IMG/VR virus record: IMGVR_UViG_3300006990_004842
Location: 34,635 to 98,634 of that record
Origin: a virus
Length of the DNA: 64,000 bases
Reading direction: 5' to 3' (one strand)
The notes under the pieces are model-generated. The model ran no database searches and had not been told where the DNA came from. It was given only the letters and a program-made list of their open reading frames with translations. Both the position numbers and the translations under genes were made by a program. Positions 1 to 9,158 of this stretch are shown here, in pieces; position 1 is the stretch's first letter, and each line of letters opens with the position of its first letter.

Positions 1-387
1 TTCGTTAGATGCAAAACTTGCAAGTTGAATATCACGTGCATTATTGCTTGAATTTTTAGCCACATCTGATTGAATCCATAAGCCGCCAAGTGTTGCAACT
101 GGTGTTGCAAGTACTTTAGCCCAACTTAGTGCTTGGTCTTCAATATATTGTGGGGCGATTGTAGCATCCTTGCTCATTGCAATAGCCATCGTGGCCACTG
201 CTTTTGATGCCGCGTCACCAGAGTTTGCAATAGTGGCTAACGCCCTATAACGTGCTTCGGATTGTGCGGCTTGTGCTTGTGCTGACTGTTGCACTGCGAG
301 ATAGTAGTCTGACCTAGCACCAGAATTGGCACAGGCAGATACTAATACAGTGGCAGTTAACACAAACAATAGTCTAACTACGTTCAT
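1..387 (-). CDS. Lipoprotein, hypothetical (partial, runs off the window edge)
   Basis: Not in the ORF track. Manual translation gives MNVVRLLFVLTATVLVSACANSG..., with lipobox LVSAC, a GAGGA SD and an open frame to position 1. Confidence 0.75.
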   Translation of the reverse strand, partial: MNVVRLLFVLTATVLVSACANSGARSDYYLAVQQSAQAQAAQSEARYRALATIANSGDAASKAVATMAIAMSKDATIAPQYIEDQALSWAKVLATPVATLGGLWIQSDVAKNSSNNARDIQLASFASNE

Positions 388-493
388 GATTGTATCCTCT
401 TTGTTTATATAAACTACTCGTCAAAGTATTCCTCAACGAAACACTTTGAAAGTAACTCAAACAATGCATGATACCACTGTACATTGAAACAAC

Positions 494-521
494 ATTATAT
501 AACATGCCAAGTAATTGTCAA
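494..521 (-). promoter_or_regulatory. Sigma70-type early promoter
   Basis: Minus strand reads GG-TTGACA-N16-TATAAT. Confidence 0.65.
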
Positions 522-542
522 CCTATATATGCTGTGTAAAGG

Positions 543-560
543 TATTTATTGTAGTAAATA
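543..560. promoter_or_regulatory. Divergent late-promoter-like boxes
   Basis: AATAAATA on minus (543-550) and AGTAAATA on plus (553-560), the latter 5 nt before ATG 566. Confidence 0.45.
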
Positions 561-565
561 ACATT

Positions 566-1711
566 ATGCAAGATAATTTGAACAGAAATATAACTGCTAT
601 GTACGGGTCAGTAATAGACACAGTACACATTAAAAAGCCTGTGCTATATCATTGTTTAATAAGACAAAAGGATTATGATGCACTAGACTTTAATCCACAT
701 GACGGCACAACGTATGTGCCAAAATTTGATTTCAGTGGTATATGGAGTAAGCAGGAAATTAGACAAATAGTGTTTTCTAAGGGTGCTGTAATTGTTGATT
801 TTTCCGGAGAAAATTATCATGATAATCTTGATGTATGTAAAGGTGTCGTTGATGCGTTAGGTGAACTAGGAATACCTGGTAATCAAGTAATATATCTCAG
901 TGGTAAACACAATGAAGCATCTATAAGAAAAACATCTGCGTATGTTTTACACTTGCCTGTGTTTGATTATTACATGAGAAAAAGATACAACGACAGTGTA
1001 GATCGGGTAAAATTTTTGCAGGATAATACACAAGAAAAATTATTTGTATGCCCGATGCGTAGACTGCACAGTCTTAAAACATTTCGCACTAGAATGTTAC
1101 TTGATATGTATGATGCTGATTGTATACAACATGGCATGATATCACATATGAGTATGCCTGAAAATTACAGACGTTTTTTTACAGATGAAGAATGTAAAAA
1201 ACTAGACAGTATTCTACCTTTGTGGATCGATTATAATATGGATGACACACACGGAAGTGAAATATCACACGATCCTTATAAGGGTAAAGGTTACTTATCA
1301 CCATATTCAGACATGATGGTAAACACATATTTTCATGCTACTGTTGAAACCTGGATAGATCAATTCTTCATAACAGAAAAAACATTTAGGCCAATGTATC
1401 ACAAGATGCCTGTGCTTATATTAGGTGGCGTAGGATCAAACACAAAAATACAAGAGTATGGATATAAGACATACGAAGACTGGTTTGATTTGAGTTGGGA
1501 CAACGAGCCTGATGATAACAAAAGAATTAAATGCTATGTTAAAGAAATACAACGTGTATGCAACTTGCTAAAAAATATGTCTGTGCAAGAACGCATAGAT
1601 TGGAGTACAAAAAATTTAGAAGTGTTAGAACACAATTACAATAACATGAAACAATCTAATTTTTTAGAGAACCAATTTGCCAAATTAGCAGACTATGTGA
1701 ACCAACTATGA
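566..1711 (+). CDS. Glycosyltransferase-like (GT10/GT-B-like) phage protein, paralog 1
   Basis: C-terminal FITEKTFRP..P....G...GYKTYEDWFDLSWD..LEHN motif shared with 1708-2886 and 44395-45468. Start moved to ATG 566. Confidence 0.5.
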   Translation: MQDNLNRNITAMYGSVIDTVHIKKPVLYHCLIRQKDYDALDFNPHDGTTYVPKFDFSGIWSKQEIRQIVFSKGAVIVDFSGENYHDNLDVCKGVVDALGELGIPGNQVIYLSGKHNEASIRKTSAYVLHLPVFDYYMRKRYNDSVDRVKFLQDNTQEKLFVCPMRRLHSLKTFRTRMLLDMYDADCIQHGMISHMSMPENYRRFFTDEECKKLDSILPLWIDYNMDDTHGSEISHDPYKGKGYLSPYSDMMVNTYFHATVETWIDQFFITEKTFRPMYHKMPVLILGGVGSNTKIQEYGYKTYEDWFDLSWDNEPDDNKRIKCYVKEIQRVCNLLKNMSVQERIDWSTKNLEVLEHNYNNMKQSNFLENQFAKLADYVNQL

Positions 1712-2886
1712 ACAAATGGCAGATAGGTAAAGACGCTTCAAATGAATCTTTGAGAACTTTTGACATTGCATTAAATGGTTTGTCGTTTGAGCAATTCTTA
1801 TACCCTATTATGGGCGAAGGTGAATATGACTTGCAAACAATCGCAAAGTCCAGTATCTTGCCTTTAGATCAAGGTGATATATCACAGCCAACCCATTATA
1901 AAGACCTATTTGTAAAACCCAAAAAAGGTTATACAAGATTACCAACATTGCAATTATTCCTAGGCGTATGGAATCACAAGTATACAAATTATTTTTCAGC
2001 AATATCACCTGCTGTATTACAAATGTTAAAAAACAAAGGAGTAGTGATTGTGTTCAACAACTTCAGTGAAGCATGGCCGCATGACATGTATAACATTCCT
2101 ATTGCTATAGAAAATGAAGCAATTAAATATGGCTTTCCATTAGAAAACATTGTTTACATTTCAGGTAATATGTACGACCGTGAACGTTATATAAAGGAAA
2201 GTATATATAAAACACTAAATGTAGTCAGCATTTCTTACTGGCATGTGATGACACATTTTAATAATCACAACTTTGATCATTATAAAAAACCTGCTACATA
2301 CAATAAAATATATGCTTGTTTGATGAGGAAAAACAGAATACACAGAAAAAAATTGCTAGACATGCTCGAAGAGAATAACTTATCTCAACATGGCTTGATT
2401 TCCTTTCCAGATGTTCATCAAATTGATCAGCCATTACACAGTGTACAGTTTCTCAATACACTAGAACACATACATCAAGATTGTATGTTTAGTATTACAG
2501 CAGAAACACATCATAACAGCACAGTTTACACAGAAAAAGTTATCAAACCAATGTTATGCAGAATGCCACAACTGATAATCGGCAATGTGAATGCAAACAG
2601 AGATCTCAAATTAGCAGGTTATAAAACGTATGAGGACTGGTTTGATTTAAGTTGGGATAGCGAAAACGACTTAGAAAAGAGGCTTCATTGTGCTGTTGAA
2701 GAAATTAAAAGTGCTGTAAGACGGTTATACGCACTCACAGACACCGAAAAGCATGCCTGGGTGAACAAAAATACAGAAGTTTTAGAACATAATTATCAAC
2801 AAACAGTTAATAATAATGCTTGTAAAAAAGAACTAATTAGGCTTTTGAATGTCTTGAATACTGATCCAGTAAAGCCTGACCAGTAA
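1708..2886 (+). CDS. Glycosyltransferase-like phage protein, paralog 2
   Basis: YTEKVIKP..RMP...GYKTYEDWFDLSWD..EVLEHNY, near-identical to the upstream paralog. ATGA overlap. Confidence 0.5.
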   Translation: MNKWQIGKDASNESLRTFDIALNGLSFEQFLYPIMGEGEYDLQTIAKSSILPLDQGDISQPTHYKDLFVKPKKGYTRLPTLQLFLGVWNHKYTNYFSAISPAVLQMLKNKGVVIVFNNFSEAWPHDMYNIPIAIENEAIKYGFPLENIVYISGNMYDRERYIKESIYKTLNVVSISYWHVMTHFNNHNFDHYKKPATYNKIYACLMRKNRIHRKKLLDMLEENNLSQHGLISFPDVHQIDQPLHSVQFLNTLEHIHQDCMFSITAETHHNSTVYTEKVIKPMLCRMPQLIIGNVNANRDLKLAGYKTYEDWFDLSWDSENDLEKRLHCAVEEIKSAVRRLYALTDTEKHAWVNKNTEVLEHNYQQTVNNNACKKELIRLLNVLNTDPVKPDQ

Positions 2887-3112
2887 GTCTTTCACCAAAA
2901 ACATGTATAAGTTTTCCGGCCTTATACCTTTCTATGACCCCATTGTTATAGGCACGGTCTGTAACACATTGGTCACCTTCTGTGTCTTGTGGTCTATCAT
3001 CATACCACATACTACTCAATGAATGTACATGAAGGTCTTTAAGACCTTTTGCCCACTCTTCTGCTTCAAGTAATAATCTTTGCCTTTCCACTGCTTTATT
3101 ATGTTCAGTCAT
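2837..3112 (-). CDS. Hypothetical protein
   Basis: Start MTEHNK overlaps the stop of the upstream exonuclease (ATGA). Confidence 0.65.
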   Translation of the reverse strand: MTEHNKAVERQRLLLEAEEWAKGLKDLHVHSLSSMWYDDRPQDTEGDQCVTDRAYNNGVIERYKAGKLIHVFGERLTGQALLDQYSRHSKA

Positions 3113-3648
3113 CTTTCTAATACTCCAAAGTGTGCAAATGTTTGCTGAACACATACTGCTTGATAGTATGCATCGGCGTCTGCACTGTGTAAATCTTGTT
3201 GTATGGCTTTACGTGGGTCAACTGGCATCATATTAAAGATTGTTCTACAATCTTGTACTTGCCAAAATGCCCAACGTCTATGATGATCAAATTGTTTGAA
3301 CAAGTCCTCAAGAATTACCATATCAAATTGTGGACCTTGACACCAAATTTTGTCAACGTCCCATAACCATTTATTTAAGTCCTTAAAAAATTCATCTAGT
3401 GGCAGTCTACCTTCTTCGCTGAATGCTTCGTCTTGGATATGCTGTGGTAACTTTGCCCACCATTCTAATGTGCTTTCTAACACACTACGTCCAGATTCCA
3501 TTTGTTCATCAGCACTTGGGCGCCACAATGTTTTAGTATGCGGTTCTTGTGAAGTGTAAGGATTAAACTTAACAGCACCAACAGATAAGACAACACAATC
3601 AGGTTCTGTGCCTAGTGTTTCTATGTCTATCATAGCATGTGTAGCCAT
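3109..3648 (-). CDS. DEDDh 3'-5' exonuclease (Rv2179c/RNase AS-like)
   Basis: Motifs MIDIETLG, W.QG..FD, D.RT, H.A..DA. Confidence 0.8.
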   Translation of the reverse strand: MATHAMIDIETLGTEPDCVVLSVGAVKFNPYTSQEPHTKTLWRPSADEQMESGRSVLESTLEWWAKLPQHIQDEAFSEEGRLPLDEFFKDLNKWLWDVDKIWCQGPQFDMVILEDLFKQFDHHRRWAFWQVQDCRTIFNMMPVDPRKAIQQDLHSADADAYYQAVCVQQTFAHFGVLER

Positions 3649-3671
3649 ACGATTACTCCATTAAAAGTAAT

Positions 3672-3700
3672 ATTATACTATGTTATGAGAGAATTGTCAA
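3672..3700 (-). promoter_or_regulatory. Sigma70 consensus promoter
   Basis: Perfect TTGACA-N17-TATAAT upstream of the exonuclease. Confidence 0.8.
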
Positions 3701-4390
3701 GAATTGTGCCGCAAAATATTTATGGCCTTTTGCAGATATATGTCCATCATGTGTTTCTCCAAACCGCATTGCCGCACCTGTCATTGTAAAAGGCATAGAT
3801 ATATTATTCCAATGTGGGTTGCTTATGTGTGTGTAATTCCAAATTTGGTTAGAAAATTTTACTTCTGACAACATTTCATATTCTGGTACCAATGGTACCG
3901 CTGTGTGGATAATTTTATTTACACCTATATTTTTCAAGTATGTATCCACATGATTCATATACAAAAGTGTGTTTATAAAACCATCAGTAGAATTATGAAG
4001 ATTACTGTAATAACTAATTACTGGTTCTTCCTCCAGCCATGGGCCAATGGTATAGATATCACTTTGGTATATGTCAACAGAAGAATCATCTGATGTTCTT
4101 GTTTCAGGATAACGATCAGGTGTATATGCATCAGTGAGTATGCTTACTCTATCTGGGAACGACCAACAAAGTATTACTGTGTCATCTTTTTTGTGCTCTG
4201 AGTTTAAGACAACATGCCAAATATGTTTGTTACCAATTCCACAACATGCTCTGTTAGAGCAATCAAAATTTAATGACTTTGCTAATATATACGGCCACGA
4301 ATTTTTGTCTGGTATTTCTGGACTTAGGTCATCTAGATCTAGACCTTGTCCTACAGTAAAACTATCGCCGTAAGCAACAATCCTAGACAT
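3683..4390 (-). CDS. SGNH/GDSL-like hydrolase or acyltransferase
   Basis: N-terminal YGDSFTVG, central N....G.GN, C-terminal DGHI...GH. Confidence 0.6.
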   Translation of the reverse strand: MSRIVAYGDSFTVGQGLDLDDLSPEIPDKNSWPYILAKSLNFDCSNRACCGIGNKHIWHVVLNSEHKKDDTVILCWSFPDRVSILTDAYTPDRYPETRTSDDSSVDIYQSDIYTIGPWLEEEPVISYYSNLHNSTDGFINTLLYMNHVDTYLKNIGVNKIIHTAVPLVPEYEMLSEVKFSNQIWNYTHISNPHWNNISMPFTMTGAAMRFGETHDGHISAKGHKYFAAQFLTILS

Positions 4391-4391
4391 T

Positions 4392-5255
4392 TTACAAGAC
4401 TAATTTTTCTTCGTCAGCAATCTTGTTTTTATTAGCATTTACTGAACTGAGCTGACCAGCACCTTTAACACCTTCAGCCCAAACCATTTTTTCAAATGGA
4501 TCTTGTTCGCCTGTTTTGACTCTTTCCCAAAATTCAGACTTTTGTCCTATTCTTTCTAAGAACCAAGAAATCTTGTATGCACTACGCACTCTGGCATTTT
4601 GCATATCAGGATGACCAAAGTCTCTGGGATCGTCTGGATTACCTTCCATGTACTTTCTATTTTGGAAAGTTTCGTCATCATTGTTGCCTGTGATATCAGC
4701 TCTATCGTGAATAAACTCTACATCAATTCTTTCAAAGATATCCAGCATGTATGCAATGTGACTAAGCCAAGCATCGTTCTGTGCATTTTGGCTGAGATGA
4801 TCCATTAAGCGGAACCAATCTTTAGGCACAATAGGTAGAATAGCATATGGGTGTCCACCATGATTATCTCTAGGTGCTAGTAATTTGAATTGACCATTAT
4901 ACTTGGTAATTTCATCGTCCCAATTATCACTAACCATTAATGCATCATCATTCCAAAAGAATAACCATTCTCCAGTAGAACTTCCTGCTAGTGTGTTCAC
5001 ATAGGTGTGCAGATTTTCATATCCAAGAGGTTTGAAAATATTTGCTCTACATTCAATTTCATGTTCACGCAAATAAGGAGCAATTTCATCTTCAATGTAT
5101 TTTTTTACATCGTTATCGTCTTCATCTAATCCTAAGATGATCTCTATTCGTTTAGTTACTCTTGCCTTTGATACTAAAGTTTCTAAACTTGTTTTTAATA
5201 CTTCTGTTCTCCCTCTTGTGGGTAACAGTACCGTGATTATTGTTTCATCACTCAT
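4392..5255 (-). CDS. GT2-family glycosyltransferase
   Basis: LLPTRGR...L....D.DD and the WNDDA DxD-like motif. Confidence 0.65.
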   Translation of the reverse strand: MSDETIITVLLPTRGRTEVLKTSLETLVSKARVTKRIEIILGLDEDDNDVKKYIEDEIAPYLREHEIECRANIFKPLGYENLHTYVNTLAGSSTGEWLFFWNDDALMVSDNWDDEITKYNGQFKLLAPRDNHGGHPYAILPIVPKDWFRLMDHLSQNAQNDAWLSHIAYMLDIFERIDVEFIHDRADITGNNDDETFQNRKYMEGNPDDPRDFGHPDMQNARVRSAYKISWFLERIGQKSEFWERVKTGEQDPFEKMVWAEGVKGAGQLSSVNANKNKIADEEKLVL

Positions 5256-6151
5256 TGAGGATTACCTGTAAATAGTTTTCTGATATTGCCACGGAATGTG
5301 TAATGTCCTACATGGCTAAGTGCTGTACGTGGATCTAAATAAACTTTACCACCCATTTGTTGCCACAGTCTACAGAATGTGTAGTCCTCTGACAAATAAC
5401 GTCTTGTATCAGGATCAATCATTGTGTCAAACAATGCATACATAAATGGTTCAAACTTTTGATCTACGTTGATGTCATTGTTGTATTTCATCTCTGGGTG
5501 AGCATCAAACATTTGTTGTATAGTATCTTTACGGATACACATAAATCCTGTACCAGCATCTTTGAGTTCTATCAAGTTGTCTGTGATTTGAACCTGTGTT
5601 GTTTTTTCGCCTTTATCATTTTTCATAAAGTCAAAATTTACAACATAGTTTGAACTATGTCCCTCAATAGTATTTTCATTCTCTTCTGGATTGGCTCTAG
5701 CCGCACCAATAATACTTTGCCAGTTAATTGCTTTTTTAGGATAAGCACCAACCACAACAGGTTTATCATATGCTACCATGCGTAACATATCTTCAGGATT
5801 GAATTCAATGTCAGCATCAACAAAAAATAAATGTGTTGCTTCTTTGTTTTCCATAAAGAAACTTGTTAGTGTGTTTCTTCCTCTGGTAACTAAACTTTCA
5901 TTTGCAAGTGTACTAACAGTATAAGGAATATCATACTTGCCAAAAAGAATAGCAAGTCTCATCATACTTCTAAAGTAAGGTTCACCAATTTGTCCACCAT
6001 AACAAGGTGTAGCAATAAAGATATGTTTTTGTCTTAATAATCCTACTGGTATTTCGATCTTTTGATCAAGTAATTTATGCATTACAGATTCGTCATTCTT
6101 TGGGTTCTGTTTTGCAGGTGGTTTTTGTTTTGCTTTTTTCTTAGCCGGCAT
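5252..6151 (-). CDS. GT-A fold glycosyltransferase-like protein
   Basis: IATPCYGG, ESLVTRGRN, FVDADI, GTGFM and YLSEDY.FC motifs. Confidence 0.7.
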   Translation of the reverse strand: MPAKKKAKQKPPAKQNPKNDESVMHKLLDQKIEIPVGLLRQKHIFIATPCYGGQIGEPYFRSMMRLAILFGKYDIPYTVSTLANESLVTRGRNTLTSFFMENKEATHLFFVDADIEFNPEDMLRMVAYDKPVVVGAYPKKAINWQSIIGAARANPEENENTIEGHSSNYVVNFDFMKNDKGEKTTQVQITDNLIELKDAGTGFMCIRKDTIQQMFDAHPEMKYNNDINVDQKFEPFMYALFDTMIDPDTRRYLSEDYTFCRLWQQMGGKVYLDPRTALSHVGHYTFRGNIRKLFTGNPQ

Positions 6152-6212
6152 GTGTATGTCCTGTAATTTATATCTATACTTAGTTAGTAATTACTATTGT
6201 TTAGTAGTAATC

Positions 6213-6302
6213 TGGCGGAGAGTGAGGGATTCGAACCCTCGATACAGTTACCCGTATAACACCTTAGCAGGGTGCCGCTTTCGACCACTCAGCCAACTCT
6301 CC
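6213..6302 (-). tRNA. tRNA-Ser(GCT)
   Basis: GGAGAG...CT GCT AA anticodon loop, long variable arm, GTTCGAATCC, encoded CCA. Confidence 0.93.
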
Positions 6303-6307
6303 GAAAT

Positions 6308-6382
6308 TGGAGCGGATACCGAGAATCGAACTCGGATCTAAACGTTGGCAACGTCTTGTAATAGCCGTTATACTATATCCGC
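6308..6382 (-). tRNA. tRNA-Gly(GCC)
   Basis: GCGGATA...TT GCC AA...GTTCGATTC...TATCCGCTCCA. Confidence 0.92.
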
Positions 6383-6389
6383 AACATAA

Positions 6390-6974
6390 TTATTTAACGA
6401 ACGTGACCAAATTATTCTCATAAGTTTGGTTAGTATCTATTGTAGCATTAGATATGTGAATGTCAAGAGTTAATCTCAAGGTATTATTGTCAGGTACACG
6501 GACCTTGTGCTTGATATGACCACTGTGAATTATCAGTCTATTGTACATATTGTGAAAGTATTGGTCTTCTAAAAACAAGCCAGAGTTTTTATCTTTGTCT
6601 AATGGATTTAGAAACAATGTAGATGACACATAAAATGTATCATCATTAACACCAATAAAATCTTGGTGCTCAGAAACTTTACTGCCATGAGAAAAAATTG
6701 GCATGTCTGATTTTACTTTCTGAGATAATGTTGCACGTGGTTCATATTCTGTGAGATAATCTGTAAACCAATGTTGCAATAAAAAAGTTTGTTGTAGAGT
6801 ACCTTGTTTTACGGGCATGCCAAAATGAATATGTTTAGATTCTCCATATTCTTTGTAGTAATTAGTAAAATTTGCTTTGGTTTTAATCCACGTTTGTATG
6901 GATTCTAAATGTTGGGCAGGAATAGCATTGTCTATAATATGTACAGGACTATTTTTAATTTTTGTTTTAATCAT
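6390..6974 (-). CDS. 2OG-Fe(II) oxygenase-like protein
   Basis: HQD...H...R triad with NRLIIH. Lies between two tRNA pairs. Confidence 0.6.
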   Translation of the reverse strand: MIKTKIKNSPVHIIDNAIPAQHLESIQTWIKTKANFTNYYKEYGESKHIHFGMPVKQGTLQQTFLLQHWFTDYLTEYEPRATLSQKVKSDMPIFSHGSKVSEHQDFIGVNDDTFYVSSTLFLNPLDKDKNSGLFLEDQYFHNMYNRLIIHSGHIKHKVRVPDNNTLRLTLDIHISNATIDTNQTYENNLVTFVK

Positions 6975-6983
6975 AATCCTACC

Positions 6984-7059
6984 TGGTGGAGCCGACAGGG
7001 GTCGAACCTGCGACCTTCTGGATGCAAACCAGACGCTCTCCCAACTGAGCTACGGCCCC
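6984..7059 (-). tRNA. tRNA-Ala(TGC)
   Basis: GGGGCCGTAGCTCAG, TT TGC AT loop, G3:U70 pair, CCA. Confidence 0.95.
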
Positions 7060-7064
7060 GAATT

Positions 7065-7140
7065 TGGAGCTCGTAATCGGAATCGAACCAATGACCTACT
7101 GATTACAAATCAGTTGCTCTACCTGCTGAGCTATACGAGC
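7065..7140 (-). tRNA. tRNA-Thr(TGT)
   Basis: GCTCGTATAGCTCAG, TT TGT AA loop, GTTCGATTCC, CCA. Confidence 0.94.
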
Positions 7141-7151
7141 ATAACAGTTTT

Positions 7152-7159
7152 TATTTATA
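7152..7159 (-). promoter_or_regulatory. T4-type late promoter upstream of the tRNA cluster
   Basis: TATAAATA on minus, 11 nt before tRNA-Thr. Confidence 0.6.
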
Positions 7160-7168
7160 GTTCAGTGA

Positions 7169-7336
7169 TTACCTTTCGTTTGGCTTTTTGGATACAAATT
7201 CATTTAGACGTTCGGCTTCTTTGAGTACGTCTTCAGTGGTAGGCATGTCCTCAGGATTTTTTGCTCTAGCCTGTAGGATTTCTCTTGCCTCGCGAACTAG
7301 ATCAAGTCTAATCTCATATGGTGTTTTATTGGACAT
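7169..7336 (-). CDS. Small hypothetical phage protein (55 aa)
   Basis: Below the track cutoff. MSNKTPYEIRLDLVREAREIL...MPTTEDVLKEAERLNEFVSKKPNER, with an AAGGA SD and a late box at 7369-7376. Confidence 0.75.
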   Translation of the reverse strand: MSNKTPYEIRLDLVREAREILQARAKNPEDMPTTEDVLKEAERLNEFVSKKPNER

Positions 7337-7368
7337 TTATTAATTTCCTTTACAAATTATTATAAACA

Positions 7369-7420
7369 TATTTATCAGTATCTAAATAATTAGTTAACAC
7401 GAGCTTTAAGTTGATAAATA
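7369..7420. promoter_or_regulatory. Divergent late promoters
   Basis: GATAAATA on minus (7369-7376) and on plus (7413-7420). Confidence 0.6.
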
Positions 7421-7440
7421 GAACATCAACAAGGAGAGAA

Positions 7441-7647
7441 ATGCCTATAAAATTTAAGCCCTCACAAAAAACATTCGTAAAAGGACGAGGAACTAGAATT
7501 GAGCATTTCTACATCAAGAACACATCGACTAAAGAACTTATTGAGTACATCAATAAAGGTCAAAAACCAAAAGTAAAACAAAAGTGTCGTAATGAACTCG
7601 ATCGTAGAGGTGTAAATTTAGTTTGGGTTCCAGTAACGTCTGACTAG
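7441..7647 (+). CDS. Small basic hypothetical protein
   Basis: AAGGAG SD before ATG 7441 (MPIKFKPS...). Confidence 0.75.
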   Translation: MPIKFKPSQKTFVKGRGTRIEHFYIKNTSTKELIEYINKGQKPKVKQKCRNELDRRGVNLVWVPVTSD

Positions 7648-8016
7648 TTTGTATTCTAAACCGTACGCCTCAACTTCACGTTGATCTCTGCCTTTGTGGC
7701 TTTTCCTAGATTCAAAAGTACACCCTTCTATAAGTTGTTTTGCATGAACTAATTCATGTGCAAAGGTCACAACAACTTCATCAAAGTCATACCTTTCGTA
7801 TTCATAACCTATGTTGGTGCCTCTTGCTAATTCTATAATAATAGATTCGTTGTCTCCTAAACAATAACCCATAGCACCATCCAGATGTTTTTCAGATCTT
7901 ATTTCTATATCAACGTCGTGATCGATGTCTTTACACAGATGATTTAGAACATCTTGACCAAACTGTTCTAGTTGACGCTTCTGCTGGAGTTGTCCTGTAA
8001 AGAAAAAGTGAATCAT
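7618..8016 (-). CDS. Zincin-like HExxH metallopeptidase-domain protein
   Basis: FAHELVHAKQ...EVEAY. Confidence 0.6.
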   Translation of the reverse strand: MIHFFFTGQLQQKRQLEQFGQDVLNHLCKDIDHDVDIEIRSEKHLDGAMGYCLGDNESIIIELARGTNIGYEYERYDFDEVVVTFAHELVHAKQLIEGCTFESRKSHKGRDQREVEAYGLEYKLVRRYWNPN

Positions 8017-9077
8017 ATGTCTGTACCAATCCTATTAGAATTTTGTATATCCTTATCTTTGACATAGTCATTAAAAATTTCAAGCAAAGGTTCAAAGTTG
8101 TGAAACTTTGGAGCAAGTTGATACTGTCTTTTATTATACCAATCAGTTAGTTCATTGTACTTAACCAATGGTTTTCTGTACAGGGTATTAAAATAATCTA
8201 AATTGCCAGATTGTTTCATATAGTGTATACGAAGTAATTCAAAACCTGTTTCTTTTCTAAATGGTACTTTGTATTCTGCCCAATCAAATGCTTTGTAATA
8301 TTTTATTTTGTAATCATACTGATCATATCTAAACATTTTATCATTGAGCATGTAAGGCATTTCATGATATTGTTTGATTACACGCATATTATTATAGTAT
8401 GCAAGATATAAAATTTCACTACTCATATAGAAAGGGTCAACAATCAAATCTATATTATTTTTATTTGCAAAATTTAACCATGGCACATATCTTCTTTTAT
8501 AAAGATCTTTATCCTGCTCGATCCTCATATCAGTAGATACTGGATTTGGTTTATAACCTGGAGGATAACATTTGCCATCAAAGTAACCTATGTGTTGAGC
8601 CTCGCCACCTATTACAAATGTACTGTCATCTAAATTGTCTAATATGCATTTAGCCTGTGTTGCAATTTGAGGACTGTTAAAATAATATTCCTTAGCAAAA
8701 TCTAACACATGATTGTCTTCTATGAAATCACGCAAATCAAAATCAACGTATGTGTGGTCAGCACCCATATGGTCTGCAAATATTTTACTAGATACTACAT
8801 CGCCTGGGTTGACCACACTGTCGTCCCACATAAATCTAAAGGTTATACATTTTACATTATTACAGTACCTATTAAACACATTAAAAGCAAACTGGCTGTC
8901 TATGCCGCCACTTAGTAACAATGTAATGGGTTTATCTTTGTAAGGTTCTAATGCTTTTTTGAAATGATGTTGTATGTCATAATTGGTTGGCTCTTGTATA
9001 TAGACGTTGGATACTCCTTCAGAAAAATCAAAAGAAAATGATTTAGAGTCACCAAAAGATAGAGCGTTTGTTGCCAT
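8013..9077 (-). CDS. PP-loop (adenine nucleotide alpha-hydrolase, Asn-synthase-like) protein
   Basis: LLLSGGIDSQ PP-loop. Confidence 0.55.
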   Translation of the reverse strand: MATNALSFGDSKSFSFDFSEGVSNVYIQEPTNYDIQHHFKKALEPYKDKPITLLLSGGIDSQFAFNVFNRYCNNVKCITFRFMWDDSVVNPGDVVSSKIFADHMGADHTYVDFDLRDFIEDNHVLDFAKEYYFNSPQIATQAKCILDNLDDSTFVIGGEAQHIGYFDGKCYPPGYKPNPVSTDMRIEQDKDLYKRRYVPWLNFANKNNIDLIVDPFYMSSEILYLAYYNNMRVIKQYHEMPYMLNDKMFRYDQYDYKIKYYKAFDWAEYKVPFRKETGFELLRIHYMKQSGNLDYFNTLYRKPLVKYNELTDWYNKRQYQLAPKFHNFEPLLEIFNDYVKDKDIQNSNRIGTDI

Positions 9078-9083
9078 ACAATG

Positions 9084-9111
9084 TATTTATTCTAGTAAAA
9101 TATGATAAATA
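9084..9111. promoter_or_regulatory. Divergent late promoters
   Basis: AATAAATA on minus (9084-9091) and GATAAATA on plus (9104-9111). Confidence 0.55.
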
Positions 9112-9158
9112 CTTATTAGAAATATCCATACATTTAGGACATTACTGGAGCAAATAAA

